A stretch of DNA of 64,000 bases from Bacteriovoracaceae bacterium (GTDB taxonomy: Bacteria > Bdellovibrionota > Bacteriovoracia > Bacteriovoracales > Bacteriovoracaceae). A program made the position numbers and the translations under genes. A model generated the notes under the pieces. The model was not told where the DNA came from. It was given only the letters and a program-made list of their open reading frames with translations, and ran no database searches. The stretch spans positions 195,487 through 259,486 of the forward strand of contig JBLWXV010000001.1 in NCBI GenBank assembly GCA_048267245.1, given 5' to 3'. Shown here one piece after another: positions 45,692 to 59,028 of the stretch; position 1 is the first letter of the stretch; each line of letters starts with the position of its first letter.

Positions 45692-48128
45692 CAGCTACCA
45701 CCTTCTCATTTTCTTTGAGTCTGATGATACGAACACCTTGAGTGGCACGACCGAGAAGTGAGATACCAGAAATCTTCGTTCTGATAACCTGTCCCTTATC
45801 AGTAATGATCATCAGATCATCTGTTTCAACCACTGGTTTAATTTGAACAATTTCACCTGTCTTCTCAGTAAGTCTCATTGCAAGGATACCCTTACCACCG
45901 CGAGATTGCTTACGATATTGAGAAGACTCAGTACGCTTTCCATAACCAAGTTCAGTTACAGATAGAATTTCAACACTGTCATCGATAATTTCCATACCAA
46001 TGATCTTTTCAGAGTCATCAATAGAAATACCCTTCACCCCTTGAGAGACGCGACCCATTGGGCGACAATCTTCTTCAGAGAAGCGAATGATTTTACCAGA
46101 TGAAGCACAGAGAAGAACGTCTTTAGATCCATCAGTCATGCGCACGTTAAGAAGTGAATCTCCGTCGAGAATCTTGATTGCGCGCAGACCGCTTTGTCTG
46201 ATGTTTTGATAATCTTCAAGTGCTGACTTCTTAACAAGACCTCGCTCAGTAGCGAACATGAGGTACTTGCCTTCAAGCTCTTCATCTTTTGGAATACAGA
46301 TGATCTCTTTAATCTTCTCACTTGGTGGAAGTTGGATGAGGTTAGCAATATTGCGGCCTTTAGATGTTCTTGAGGCTTCAGGAATATTGTAAACCTTAGT
46401 AGAGAATACTGTTCCGCGGTTAGTGAAGAAGAGCATTGTCGAGTGAGTGTTGGCCATAAAGATATCAGTATAGAAATCTTCTTCACCTTCGTTGAAGGCA
46501 CCCTTCACACCTGTTCCGCCACGCTTCTGAGTTTTATAAGTATCAGTGAGCATGCGCTTGATGTAACCCTTGTGGGTAATCGTTACGATGACATCTTCTT
46601 CTTTTACAAGATCTTCAATTTGAATTTCATCGGCCATCGGAACAATTTCAGTTCTTCTCTTATCGCCAAATCCTTCAATGATTTCTTGGAATTCTGCTTT
46701 GATAATTCCACGAATGAGCTCTTCACTATCAAGAATTCCCTCAAGGCGAGCGATCTCTTTCATGATCTCTTCGTAGTCTCTAATAATCTTATCGCGCTCA
46801 AGACCTGTAAGTCTTTGGAGACGCATATCGAGAATTGCTTGCGCTTGAATAACTGAGAGTGAGTAGGTCGACATCAACTTGTCTTTGGCCTCTTGTGGGC
46901 CTTCAGACTTTTTGATCATCTCTACGATTTCATCAATATTTTCAACGGCTACTTTTAAGCCTTCAAGAATGTGAGCTTTCTCACGAGCTTTCTTGAGTTC
47001 ATAAACTGTACGACGAATCACAACTTCGCGTCTGTGATCAATAAAGCTTACAAGCTGCTCTTTAAGGTTCATGACCTTTGGTGAGCCGTTTGAAATTGAA
47101 AGGAAGATGATACCAAAACTTACTTGAAGCTGAGTGGCCTTAAAGAGTCTATTGATAATAACGTTGGCGATTTCGCCCTTTTTAAGGTCAATCGCAATAC
47201 GAATACCAAGACGGTTAGATTCATCGCGGATATCAGAGATACCTTGGATTTCTTTGGCATTTACAAGATCAGCAATCTTTTCAATAAGCTTAGCTTTATT
47301 CACCTGATAAGGAATTTCTGTCACGACGATACGCTCGCGATCGGCGTTTTTCCCCATTGGCTCAACTTCAACTTTCGCGCGGATTTGAATCACGCCCTTA
47401 CCAGTGTGGTAGGCCGAGCGAATCCCTTCCGTTCCATGAATGTATCCAGATGTTGGAAAGTCAGGACCAGGAATATGAGTCATGAGTTGATCAATACTCA
47501 TTGAACGGTCATCAACAAGAGCAATGAGACCATTCATGACTTCAGTAATGTTATGTGGCGGAATATTTGTCGCCATACCTACGGCGATACCCGCAGAACC
47601 GTTAACGAGTAGGTTAGGGATCTTGGCCGGAAGAACTGTTGGCTCTTTTAATGAACCATCATAGTTTGGCTGCCAATCAACTGTCTCTTTCTCAAGGTCT
47701 TTGAGCATTTCCTCAGTAAGCTTGGCCATACGAATTTCGGTATACCTCATGGCGGCGGCGTTATCACCGTCAATTGAACCGAAGTTTCCTTGACCACTTA
47801 CAAGTGGGTATCTCATTGAGAAGTCTTGGGCGAGACGAACGATCGCGCCGTAGACCGCAGAGTCACCGTGCGGGTGATACTTACCGATAACGTCACCCAC
47901 CACACGGGCAGACTTAAGAAATGGCTTATTGTGATAGTTACCAAGTGAGTCCATGGCGTAGAGAACGCGACGGTGAACAGGCTTCAGACCATCACGAACA
48001 TCTGGAAGAGCGCGCCCCACGATTACCGACATGGCGTAATCGAGGTAGCAACTTCTCATTTCGTCTTGAATGACTACTTCTTGAATATTGCCGTGATTAA
48101 TTTCGTTGTTATTGTTTTCGTCCGACAT
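45633..48128 (-). CDS. gyrA: DNA gyrase subunit A
   Basis: 831 aa. The conserved stretches are [13 protein letters not shown] and [10 protein letters not shown] (active-site Tyr region). It has a C-terminal beta-pinwheel with an acidic tail. Confidence 0.96.
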   Translation of the reverse strand: MSDENNNNEINHGNIQEVVIQDEMRSCYLDYAMSVIVGRALPDVRDGLKPVHRRVLYAMDSLGNYHNKPFLKSARVVGDVIGKYHPHGDSAVYGAIVRLAQDFSMRYPLVSGQGNFGSIDGDNAAAMRYTEIRMAKLTEEMLKDLEKETVDWQPNYDGSLKEPTVLPAKIPNLLVNGSAGIAVGMATNIPPHNITEVMNGLIALVDDRSMSIDQLMTHIPGPDFPTSGYIHGTEGIRSAYHTGKGVIQIRAKVEVEPMGKNADRERIVVTEIPYQVNKAKLIEKIADLVNAKEIQGISDIRDESNRLGIRIAIDLKKGEIANVIINRLFKATQLQVSFGIIFLSISNGSPKVMNLKEQLVSFIDHRREVVIRRTVYELKKAREKAHILEGLKVAVENIDEIVEMIKKSEGPQEAKDKLMSTYSLSVIQAQAILDMRLQRLTGLERDKIIRDYEEIMKEIARLEGILDSEELIRGIIKAEFQEIIEGFGDKRRTEIVPMADEIQIEDLVKEEDVIVTITHKGYIKRMLTDTYKTQKRGGTGVKGAFNEGEEDFYTDIFMANTHSTMLFFTNRGTVFSTKVYNIPEASRTSKGRNIANLIQLPPSEKIKEIICIPKDEELEGKYLMFATERGLVKKSALEDYQNIRQSGLRAIKILDGDSLLNVRMTDGSKDVLLCASSGKIIRFSEEDCRPMGRVSQGVKGISIDDSEKIIGMEIIDDSVEILSVTELGYGKRTESSQYRKQSRGGKGILAMRLTEKTGEIVQIKPVVETDDLMIITDKGQVIRTKISGISLLGRATQGVRIIRLKENEKVVAVASIIEEDEGSEEAGGENQ

Positions 48129-48144
48129 ATTTCTTCCTTAAAAA

Positions 48145-51725
<3,581 letters not shown>

Positions 51726-51731
51726 TAAGTC

Positions 51732-52847
51732 CTAGAGCTTGAGTGGCATAATGATGCCTAGATAACTCGAAAGTGAGAGGCTCTTCACAATCACAGGGCT
51801 GAGTTCATTATTGAGTTCAAGAACAACTTCACCATTTTCTAAAGTTTGAAGAGTTTCAAGAATGTACTTAGCATTGAAGCCAATTTCCATTTCTTTACCT
51901 TCATATGATAATGGTACTTGTTCTACAGCGTCGCCAAGTGATGGGTTGTTGGCCGTAATAATCATTTCATTATTAGTGAGTTTAATTCTAATGCCGTTTG
52001 ATTTCTCATTGGACATGATTCGAATTCTTTTAACAGCATTGAAAAAGAGATCCTTATCCACATTCAGGGCATAAGTGGTCTTAGATGGAATGACTGCTTG
52101 ATACTTAGGGTATTCTCTAGCAATCAATCTAATAGACAGAAAGTATTCACCAGAAACGTGGGCGTGTAGAAAAGATTCATCAACTGAAAGACCAATTGAT
52201 TTATCTGGATAACTCTCGGCCATCTTCTTAAGTTCGAAGACACCTTTTTTAGGAATAATTACACCATTTACTAACGTTTCATGGTTCTCATTTGTGAGTT
52301 CTGTTTCAATTAGTGAAAGTCTGTGACCATCAGTTGCTACAGCTCTAAGCTTTCCGTCCATCTCTTGTAGGAAAATACCATTGAGATAGAGTCTCGTTTC
52401 ATCGTTAGAGATAGCGTGTGAAGTTTTAGCAATAATATTGATGATATCTTCAGAAGATAATTCAAATTCTTTTCCACTTCCTTTGAATACTAATTGTGGA
52501 AAATCATCATTCTTAAAAATGAGAAGAGTGTAGTGGATATTTCCACAATCTAATTTAAGTGATTGTCCACTTTGATCCACTTCCAATCTCACTGTCTCAT
52601 CTGGAAGCTCTCTCAAAATATCAAATAAGTTCTTAGAGTTTACACAGAATATACCAGGTTCATTCACATCAGCTGTGACACTAATCTTCGCTGAGACTTC
52701 TAAGTCAGTAGCCGATAATTCAAGAATCCCGTTTCTAGCTTCAAGTAATGAGTACTGAAGTATAGGGCGTGAGCTCTTCTTATCAACGACAGTGAGAATC
52801 TTATTTAAAGCAGATCTTAGTGCTTCAACTGATACGTGGGCTTGCAT
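51732..52847 (-). CDS. dnaN: DNA polymerase III beta sliding clamp
   Basis: 371 aa with a three-domain clamp pattern. It ends ...IIMPLKL. It sits immediately after oriC and dnaA. Confidence 0.93.
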   Translation of the reverse strand: MQAHVSVEALRSALNKILTVVDKKSSRPILQYSLLEARNGILELSATDLEVSAKISVTADVNEPGIFCVNSKNLFDILRELPDETVRLEVDQSGQSLKLDCGNIHYTLLIFKNDDFPQLVFKGSGKEFELSSEDIINIIAKTSHAISNDETRLYLNGIFLQEMDGKLRAVATDGHRLSLIETELTNENHETLVNGVIIPKKGVFELKKMAESYPDKSIGLSVDESFLHAHVSGEYFLSIRLIAREYPKYQAVIPSKTTYALNVDKDLFFNAVKRIRIMSNEKSNGIRIKLTNNEMIITANNPSLGDAVEQVPLSYEGKEMEIGFNAKYILETLQTLENGEVVLELNNELSPVIVKSLSLSSYLGIIMPLKL

Positions 52848-53508
52848 GATATATTTCCTCTTATTTGATTAGTTTTATCTAACGCCATGAAGATAGGCAA
52901 GGAATTGAGAATCATAGGTTCTTAGGTCTAGTTCCTTTATTATTATTAATTGTTGTTGTTGAAGTGTGGATAAGTGGAATTCTTCTCTAACATGCTGATT
53001 TGATAGATATTAGTATTTTATTATTGGTGTATTCGACCTAGGCCTTTGTGGCGCTTCATTTTAAGTTGTTTCGCAGATCATTTGCTTTTATGGGAAAACT
53101 GCCGTCTTACTGACTTTTTACTCACATCGTTTTCCACACATATTCGTAGATTTTTTTGGCCAGGTGTCAAAGGCCTCGTGACTACTCAGTTACCCACATT
53201 TTTATCCCCATTGTGGATAACTAGGCCTGTGGATAAGGCCCCATGTTAAAAGATGTTACTCACAATCCACGGCCTTTGTGGATAAGAGTTGTAAGTGTAC
53301 GTAATTTATAACTTTTTTATCATGAAACAAGGCCTTGGGGCCGTGGAAAGGCCGTGGATAACGTTGTGGGTTGTAAGGTAAGGTGAGGTTATTTTTACTT
53401 TATCAACATGGCCATGTGGATGCGGGGCCCAAGAGACGATTTTTGACACAAAAAAGGCCCTCGCTTGGGAGGGCCTGTGAGTAAGTCTAGGTTATTTGTG
53501 AATTTTAT
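52848..53508. other. oriC: chromosomal replication origin (oriC), dnaA-dnaN intergenic
   Basis: Perfect DnaA boxes TGTGGATAA lie at 52965, 53212, 53228 and 53277. One-mismatch boxes lie at 53130 (TTTTCCACA), 53190 (TTACCCACA), 53202 (TTATCCCCA) and 53353 (CGTGGATAA). A weaker box is at 53415. AT-rich tracts at about 52936-53030 are a candidate unwinding element. Confidence 0.88.
53449..53476 (-). terminator. rho-independent terminator downstream of dnaA
   Basis: The minus strand reads AGGCCCTC-loop-GAGGGCCT followed by TTTTTTGTG, 33 nt after the dnaA stop. Confidence 0.75.
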
Positions 53509-55107
53509 TTAGCAGAGTTCACTTTCAATTTGATAGAGCTCTTGGGTGAGTGCGGGCTCACTTTTAAGTCTTTCGGTGATTGTGCGAATAGCATGAATCA
53601 CACTGCTGTGATCTCTACCGCCAAAAAAGCGGCCAATATCTTGTTGCTTAGCTTTTATGATCTTACGACATAAGAACATGGCGACGAATCGTGCGTTGGC
53701 CACGTCTTTACCTCGGCTCTTTGATCTCAAATCAGCAATGGCAATATTATAGAATTTTGCAGTCGCCTTTGTGATGGATTCAATGGTGACTTCGTTTTTC
53801 TCTTCTTCAAAGGATTCTAGATTGAGGATCTGCTTAACTTGTTCAGCATCAAGCTCATTATTGATGAGGTCAGCATAAGCCTTTAGCTTCACAAGATTGC
53901 CTTCGAGCTCTCTAATATTTGTTTTAATCGCCTGTGCTATTGTGGCGATAATCTCGTCACTTAAGAAGAGGTCAATTTCAATGGCCTTCTTTCTAAGAAT
54001 GGCAATTCTAGTCTCGAGATCTGGGCGTTGAATGTCAGTGACTAGGCCCCATTGAAGGCGAGTCTTAAGTCTCTCTTCAATCCCATCAATTTCCTTTGGA
54101 GTTTTATCCGAAGTAAAGATGAGCTGCTTGCCTTTATTATGTAGCTCATTGAAGACGTGAAAGAATTCATTCTGAGTTTGTTCTTTGTGACTGAGCTCGT
54201 GGATGTCATCGATCATGAGGACATCTACTTGCTCAATGTACTTGCGGCGAAATTCATTCGTCCTTGAACTCTGAATGGCAGAGACAAGTTCGGTCATAAA
54301 AATTTTGGCCGAGGTAAAGCAGATGATGAGTTCTGGGAACTCTTCTCTAATTCTGTTGGCAATGGCGTGGAGTAGGTGGGTTTTACCCAATCCAGAATTA
54401 CTGTGAATGTAGAGTGAGGGGTATTTTCCACCCTTACCAGGCTTGTTGGCCACGGCGATGGCCGTAGAGAAGGCCATGTTATTTGAAGGGCCTACAATAA
54501 AGTTGTCGAAGGTCTTAGCGTGATCAATTTGGATCCCTCCCTGCTGGGTTGGTCTCACATGATCAATATACTTGGACTCTACTTCATGAATTAGGTCGTC
54601 ATTAGTTGGGTTGGCTTCAATCGTAAATTTGGCATCACGAGCAGTTCTAGGCTTAAGTCCTTGATTTTGCTCACTTTGAAAGTTTCCAAACGATTGGCTT
54701 AGGCTATCTAAGTTACTGTTATTTGATAATTCAGCTTCCCAGCTGGCCCCTAGTGTCTTTTGCACGGCCATTTCGAGGAGCCCTTTATAAGAGCTCTCGA
54801 GCAGACGGCTAAGAGTTGCTGTGGTGGCGCTAAAAACAACTTTCTTTTCTTTAATTTCAGATACTTGGAGAGCTCCCTCAAAGAGGGTATTGTATTTTAC
54901 TGCTGGAATTTCAGCTCTAATCTGAGAGAGAAGATCGTTCTGGATAAGAGCGATTTCCTCTGCACTAAAGAGTTCCTCTTCAGCTGGTGCACTACCAAAG
55001 TATTGTACTGGTGCTTGCTTGTAAGTGTCTGAATTCAAAGCTGTTTTTTCCTTTTCTGTCGCCTGTGGGGCCGAGAGAAAGTGCTCAAAAGGAAAATCCT
55101 GGCTCAT
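53509..55107 (-). CDS. dnaA: chromosomal replication initiator protein DnaA
   Basis: 532 aa. It has the AAA+ Walker A motif NSGLGKTHLLHAI, the box DVLMIDDIH, and the C-terminal DNA-binding helix GGRDHSSVIHAIR. Confidence 0.96.
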   Translation of the reverse strand: MSQDFPFEHFLSAPQATEKEKTALNSDTYKQAPVQYFGSAPAEEELFSAEEIALIQNDLLSQIRAEIPAVKYNTLFEGALQVSEIKEKKVVFSATTATLSRLLESSYKGLLEMAVQKTLGASWEAELSNNSNLDSLSQSFGNFQSEQNQGLKPRTARDAKFTIEANPTNDDLIHEVESKYIDHVRPTQQGGIQIDHAKTFDNFIVGPSNNMAFSTAIAVANKPGKGGKYPSLYIHSNSGLGKTHLLHAIANRIREEFPELIICFTSAKIFMTELVSAIQSSRTNEFRRKYIEQVDVLMIDDIHELSHKEQTQNEFFHVFNELHNKGKQLIFTSDKTPKEIDGIEERLKTRLQWGLVTDIQRPDLETRIAILRKKAIEIDLFLSDEIIATIAQAIKTNIRELEGNLVKLKAYADLINNELDAEQVKQILNLESFEEEKNEVTIESITKATAKFYNIAIADLRSKSRGKDVANARFVAMFLCRKIIKAKQQDIGRFFGGRDHSSVIHAIRTITERLKSEPALTQELYQIESELC

Positions 55108-55316
55108 TCTAACCTCATTGGGTGTTTGGTGGTCCTGTTTAAAAAAATGCGAGCGAAAGGTGTAACATGGCCCCTAATCTGAGACAACACGCTTTTCCTT
55201 ACCTTTGGGCCGCAAGGTTTGGTTTCATTTTCGGACTTCTCAATATTGACCTTTTGCCTCTAACTAGGTACATCATAGCCCTTTAAGATTTGTTCTTTGT
55301 TGAAGAGGATATAGCG

Positions 55317-55469
55317 ATGAGTAAAAGAACGTGGCAACCAAAGAAAAGTAAAAGACTTCGCGTACATGGCTTTCTTAAGCGTATGGCAACTGCAAATGGT
55401 CGCAAAGTGATCAACGCCAGACGTGCGAAGGGAAGAAAGTCTCTTACAGTTTCTTCTTCTACGAAATAA
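55317..55469 (+). CDS. rpmH: 50S ribosomal protein L34 (below the ORF-track size cutoff)
   Basis: Hand translation gives [50 protein letters not shown], the canonical L34 sequence pattern. It lies directly upstream of rnpA. Confidence 0.93.
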   Translation: MSKRTWQPKKSKRLRVHGFLKRMATANGRKVINARRAKGRKSLTVSSSTK

Positions 55470-55485
55470 TTTAGCGTATTAGATC

Positions 55486-55878
55486 ATGTCTGAGTTCGAA
55501 TTTGGCGAGGGCTTTCCTAAAAGTCTTCGCCTTCTTACGTCTAGGGATTTTGATCGGTTAAAATCTGATTCCTCAGTTTTTCAAAATTCATTAATTCGCG
55601 TCTATTCAAAGAAAAGAGAAGAGGGCGAGCTCCATGCTCGCTTTGGTTTTGCTATTTCTAAGAAAGTTGGCAAAGCCCACGATCGAAACCGCCTGAAGCG
55701 TCTTATGCGGGAATACGTGCGCAAGCATGAGCTAAGGTCTATCAAGTGGGATTTTCTCTTTGTTGTCTCACCTCGTACTTTAAAGTTTGGAAGCCCTGCC
55801 GAATGTGAGGCAAAATTTCTTGAGTCCCTTGAGCATGTCGCCAAGAAGATTATGAGTTCACGCCTCTGCAAAAGTTAA
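55486..55878 (+). CDS. rnpA: ribonuclease P protein component
   Basis: The conserved stretches are RLLTSRDFDRL and RFGFAISKKVGKAHDRNRLKRLMRE. Confidence 0.9.
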   Translation: MSEFEFGEGFPKSLRLLTSRDFDRLKSDSSVFQNSLIRVYSKKREEGELHARFGFAISKKVGKAHDRNRLKRLMREYVRKHELRSIKWDFLFVVSPRTLKFGSPAECEAKFLESLEHVAKKIMSSRLCKS

Positions 55879-55928
55879 CATTCGAAAAGAGCTGTGATAC
55901 CTAAAGCTATCATTTTTTCGGAGATTTC

Positions 55929-57398
55929 ATGTCAGAGCAAAAACGGATTTTTTTAGCAGTTGCCCTATCTGGTTTAGTCCTCTTTGGGTGGCAAGCTTAC
56001 TTTATGCCCAAGAAGGATGCGGTAACTCAAACTGCGCCAGTCTCTCAGGTTGAGGAACTTAAAGAACGTGAGGCCAGCAGTGAGGTTGTCGCTACTGAGA
56101 CAGTTACGACTGCCCCTATAGAACCATCTAAGGTATCTCAGTCTGAATCTCTCTCTCTTGTTAAAGAGGGCAATGTCTACAATTTTCAAAATGACCTTAG
56201 CGTACAGAATATTGTCGATCCCAAGGCCGTTTTTGATTTCCAGGCCATTACAGACAAAGCAAATCCATTTCAGATTAAAGTCCTAATTAACGATTCACCT
56301 CGCGATCTTAATTTCACTATTTCTGAGAAGACTGAAACTTCTGTTAAAGGAAGAGATGAAGGACTTGGAATTGATCTTCATGCTCAAATTCTTGAAAATG
56401 GCCGCTTTGATTTAAAGCTAATTTCTGAAAACGCCTATACCTATCGCTTTCTCTTTCGCTCAACTGCAAAGGAGCTAGAGAATCACCAGGTGAGCCAATT
56501 TATTTTCTACTCTAAGGATGTTGAGAGACACAAAGTAGGTGATGAGTCTTCTGGTGATGGTAGTGCCAAATGGTTTGGTCTCGATTATAACTTTCACCTC
56601 TTTGCCTTTATTTTTAAAGATAAAGTTGCTGCTCGCTACCACACTGATAAAGCCGGTCGCTTTGTTGTTGATACAGTTTCTCCAATTAAAGAATTCTCTG
56701 GTGATCTTGTTTTCACAAAGAAAAATTATGATGAGCTTGTGGCCATTGGTGACAATCTTAATCTCTCTGTTGATTTTGGTTTCTTTGGCGTACTGGCCGT
56801 TCCAATTCTTAGAGGACTTCAACTCTTTTACGATTGGTTTCCAAATTACGGTGTAGCGGTCATTCTTCTCACATTGGTTGTGCGTACTCTTATGTTCCCG
56901 CTTCAGTTTAAAAGCTTTAAGAGTATGAAGAAGATGCAGAAGTTGCAGCCTGAACTTGCTAAGCTCAAAGAGAAGTTCTCTGATGATCCTCAGCGCATGC
57001 AACGCGAGACCATGGAACTCTTTAAGAAGGCCGGGGCTAACCCATTGGGCGGCTGTCTACCTATGCTTCTTCAAATGCCAATTTTCTTCGCCTTCTATAA
57101 GGTTCTCTACAATGCAGTAGAACTTGTTGGGGCTCCATTCTACGGCTGGCTCACCGATCTTAGTGTGAAAGATCCCTACTATGTACTTCCAGTGCTTATG
57201 GGTATTGCTATGCTTGGTCAACAAAAGCTCACTCCCACAGCGAGCGTTGATCCAACTCAAAAGAAGATCATGATGATTATGCCGATTGTTTTCACTTTCA
57301 TCATGAAGGATCTTCCGGCCGGTCTTAATCTCTATATTTTCGTATCTACTGTGTTTGGTATCATTCAACAGTTGATCGTTTATAGAACAATCGATTAG
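55929..57398 (+). CDS. yidC: membrane protein insertase YidC
   Basis: It has one N-terminal TM helix, a periplasmic domain, and the conserved core GGCLPMLLQMPIFFAFY. Confidence 0.92.
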   Translation: MSEQKRIFLAVALSGLVLFGWQAYFMPKKDAVTQTAPVSQVEELKEREASSEVVATETVTTAPIEPSKVSQSESLSLVKEGNVYNFQNDLSVQNIVDPKAVFDFQAITDKANPFQIKVLINDSPRDLNFTISEKTETSVKGRDEGLGIDLHAQILENGRFDLKLISENAYTYRFLFRSTAKELENHQVSQFIFYSKDVERHKVGDESSGDGSAKWFGLDYNFHLFAFIFKDKVAARYHTDKAGRFVVDTVSPIKEFSGDLVFTKKNYDELVAIGDNLNLSVDFGFFGVLAVPILRGLQLFYDWFPNYGVAVILLTLVVRTLMFPLQFKSFKSMKKMQKLQPELAKLKEKFSDDPQRMQRETMELFKKAGANPLGGCLPMLLQMPIFFAFYKVLYNAVELVGAPFYGWLTDLSVKDPYYVLPVLMGIAMLGQQKLTPTASVDPTQKKIMMIMPIVFTFIMKDLPAGLNLYIFVSTVFGIIQQLIVYRTID

Positions 57399-57406
57399 GT
57401 CTTAAT

Positions 57407-58906
57407 GTGAGCGGCGACTATCAAGATTTATCTCCTATAGTTGCCGCTAGCACTTCTCTTGCTAGTGCCGCGGGCATTGGTATCGTAAGAATTTCTGGTT
57501 TTAAATCTCTGAATGATCTTCAAAAACTGTTCTCAAAAAATCTTGGTTCTATAGGACCAGGCCGGTTCTATAGGACCAAAGTTTTCGATTTAGAATCTCA
57601 CCAAATTGATGATGGCGGAGTGGTCTTCTTTAAGGCGCCCCAATCTTATAATGGTGAGAATATTCTTGAAGTTCACATGCATGGCAACCCCGTGCTCATG
57701 AGACATTTTATTCACTCTATTGTTGAGTTGGGTATTGCAAGACACGCTCTCGCTGGAGAATTTTCTTATCGCGCTTTTTTGAATTCTAAGCTCACCCTTT
57801 CTCAAGTGGAGGGGTTGGATCTGGTACTTACCTCTAAATCTCTAAAAGGAATTCGTCAGGGCATTAGTTCTCTGGATGGTGAACTTCATCAGGCATTTTC
57901 TGAACTCTATAGTAAGTACCTTCGTTTTAAGTCCGCTATAGAACTTAATATTGATTTTTTGGAGGATATTGGTGAAGAGGGCGGCACCCAGGAGCTCAGG
58001 GATTCCTACCAAGCGCTCAATTCTCAAATTATCGCTCTTGCCAAGCGTACTGTTAGCGACGCCAGTTCTATTTTGAGTCCAAAAGTTGTCCTTCTCGGTA
58101 AGACTAATGCCGGTAAGAGCACACTCTTTAATTTTCTCCTTGGAACTGAGCGAAGTATTGTTTCGAGTGAAGAGGGTACAACGCGCGATTACGTCAGTGA
58201 AAATTTCTTCGTTGGAAGTGACCAGTATTCTTTAGTAGATACGGCCGGTGTTCGGATGGGCGCTGGTAAAATTGAAGAGGAAGGAATTCGCCGGGCGTCC
58301 GAAATTTTTGGCCGCGCTTTTTATAAAATTCTAGTGATCAATCCTCGCTTAGATTTTGATATTGAAAGTATGCTGGATCTCGGAGAGCTCGACCTGATCG
58401 TCTTTTCACACGCCGATGACAAAAATTTCAAAACTAATCTTTCTCGATTTAATGATTTTTTTCCTGAAGTGAAACGAGTTAGTTTTTGTGGATTAAGTGG
58501 TTCTATAGAACCACTTTTTCTCGGTCCTATAGGACCAAACTCTAGTGTTGAATCTGGTTCTATAGGACCAGAAAATGCTGTTCAAATAAGTGGTTCTATA
58601 GGACCAAAAATTCGCAATTCTGGTTCTATAGGACCGGCCCGCAACTCAAATGAAATTTCTTCGCTGGTTGCCTCTAAGTATCAGAAATTACTAAGTAATG
58701 ATCCTCTACTAATCGATCGTCAGTGCCAGTTGTTGCGCTCGCTTGTAGGGGAGTGTGCTGATATTGAAAATTTGCTCACCGGCGATATTGCAATTCTCTC
58801 TGGAGAGGTTAATCGCTTGGGGAGAAAGTTGACTGAATTGATCGGAATTATTTCTCCCGACGATGTACTTCATAATATTTTCAATAACTTCTGTATTGGT
58901 AAATAA
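57407..58906 (+). CDS. mnmE: tRNA modification GTPase MnmE, with repeat-derived insertion
   Basis: It has a GTG start. The motifs are G1 GKTNAGKSTLFN, G3 DTAG and the C-terminal FCIGK. An extra segment of about 45 aa (SGSIEPLFLGPIGPNSSVESGSIGPENAVQISGSIGPKIRNSGSIGP) is encoded by palindromic repeats. Confidence 0.9.
   Translation: MSGDYQDLSPIVAASTSLASAAGIGIVRISGFKSLNDLQKLFSKNLGSIGPGRFYRTKVFDLESHQIDDGGVVFFKAPQSYNGENILEVHMHGNPVLMRHFIHSIVELGIARHALAGEFSYRAFLNSKLTLSQVEGLDLVLTSKSLKGIRQGISSLDGELHQAFSELYSKYLRFKSAIELNIDFLEDIGEEGGTQELRDSYQALNSQIIALAKRTVSDASSILSPKVVLLGKTNAGKSTLFNFLLGTERSIVSSEEGTTRDYVSENFFVGSDQYSLVDTAGVRMGAGKIEEEGIRRASEIFGRAFYKILVINPRLDFDIESMLDLGELDLIVFSHADDKNFKTNLSRFNDFFPEVKRVSFCGLSGSIEPLFLGPIGPNSSVESGSIGPENAVQISGSIGPKIRNSGSIGPARNSNEISSLVASKYQKLLSNDPLLIDRQCQLLRSLVGECADIENLLTGDIAILSGEVNRLGRKLTELIGIISPDDVLHNIFNNFCIGK
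57545..57577. repeat. two copies of the 14-bp palindrome-like element GGTTCTATAGGACC (inside mnmE, N-terminal region)
   Basis: Copies lie at 57545-57558 (frame 0, read as GSIGP) and 57564-57577 (frame +1, read as RFYRT). Confidence 0.9.
58499..58635. repeat. five copies of the 14-bp palindrome GGTYCTATAGRACC (inside mnmE)
   Basis: The copies are at 58499 (GGTTCTATAGAACC, perfect palindrome), 58523 (GGTCCTATAGGACC, perfect palindrome), and 58556, 58592 and 58622 (GGTTCTATAGGACC). Spacings are 24, 33, 36 and 30 nt, so all are in frame. Confidence 0.92.
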
Positions 58907-59001
58907 AATTCAACTACTGTATTTCTTTCTAACTTACTGATATTTCGTAGATTTTCTTGCATTTTTGCGATATGAGTGCGCTCAAATTGCTTTTATATCT
59001 A

Positions 59002-59017
59002 TGTTCCACGTGGAACA
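59002..59017. other. parS: parS centromere-like site
   Basis: TGTTCCACGTGGAACA is a perfect 16-bp palindrome. It matches the consensus tGTTnCACGTGnAACa. It lies 12 nt upstream of the mnmG start. Confidence 0.85.
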
Positions 59018-59028
59018 TTTGAGGAATT

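Noticed and set aside
55879-55928. Expected yidD (membrane protein insertion efficiency factor) between rnpA and yidC
   Set aside because: The gap is only 50 nt, and no overlapping ORF with the CRF.PSCS motif was seen. The gene is absent from this locus, which is not unusual enough to report.
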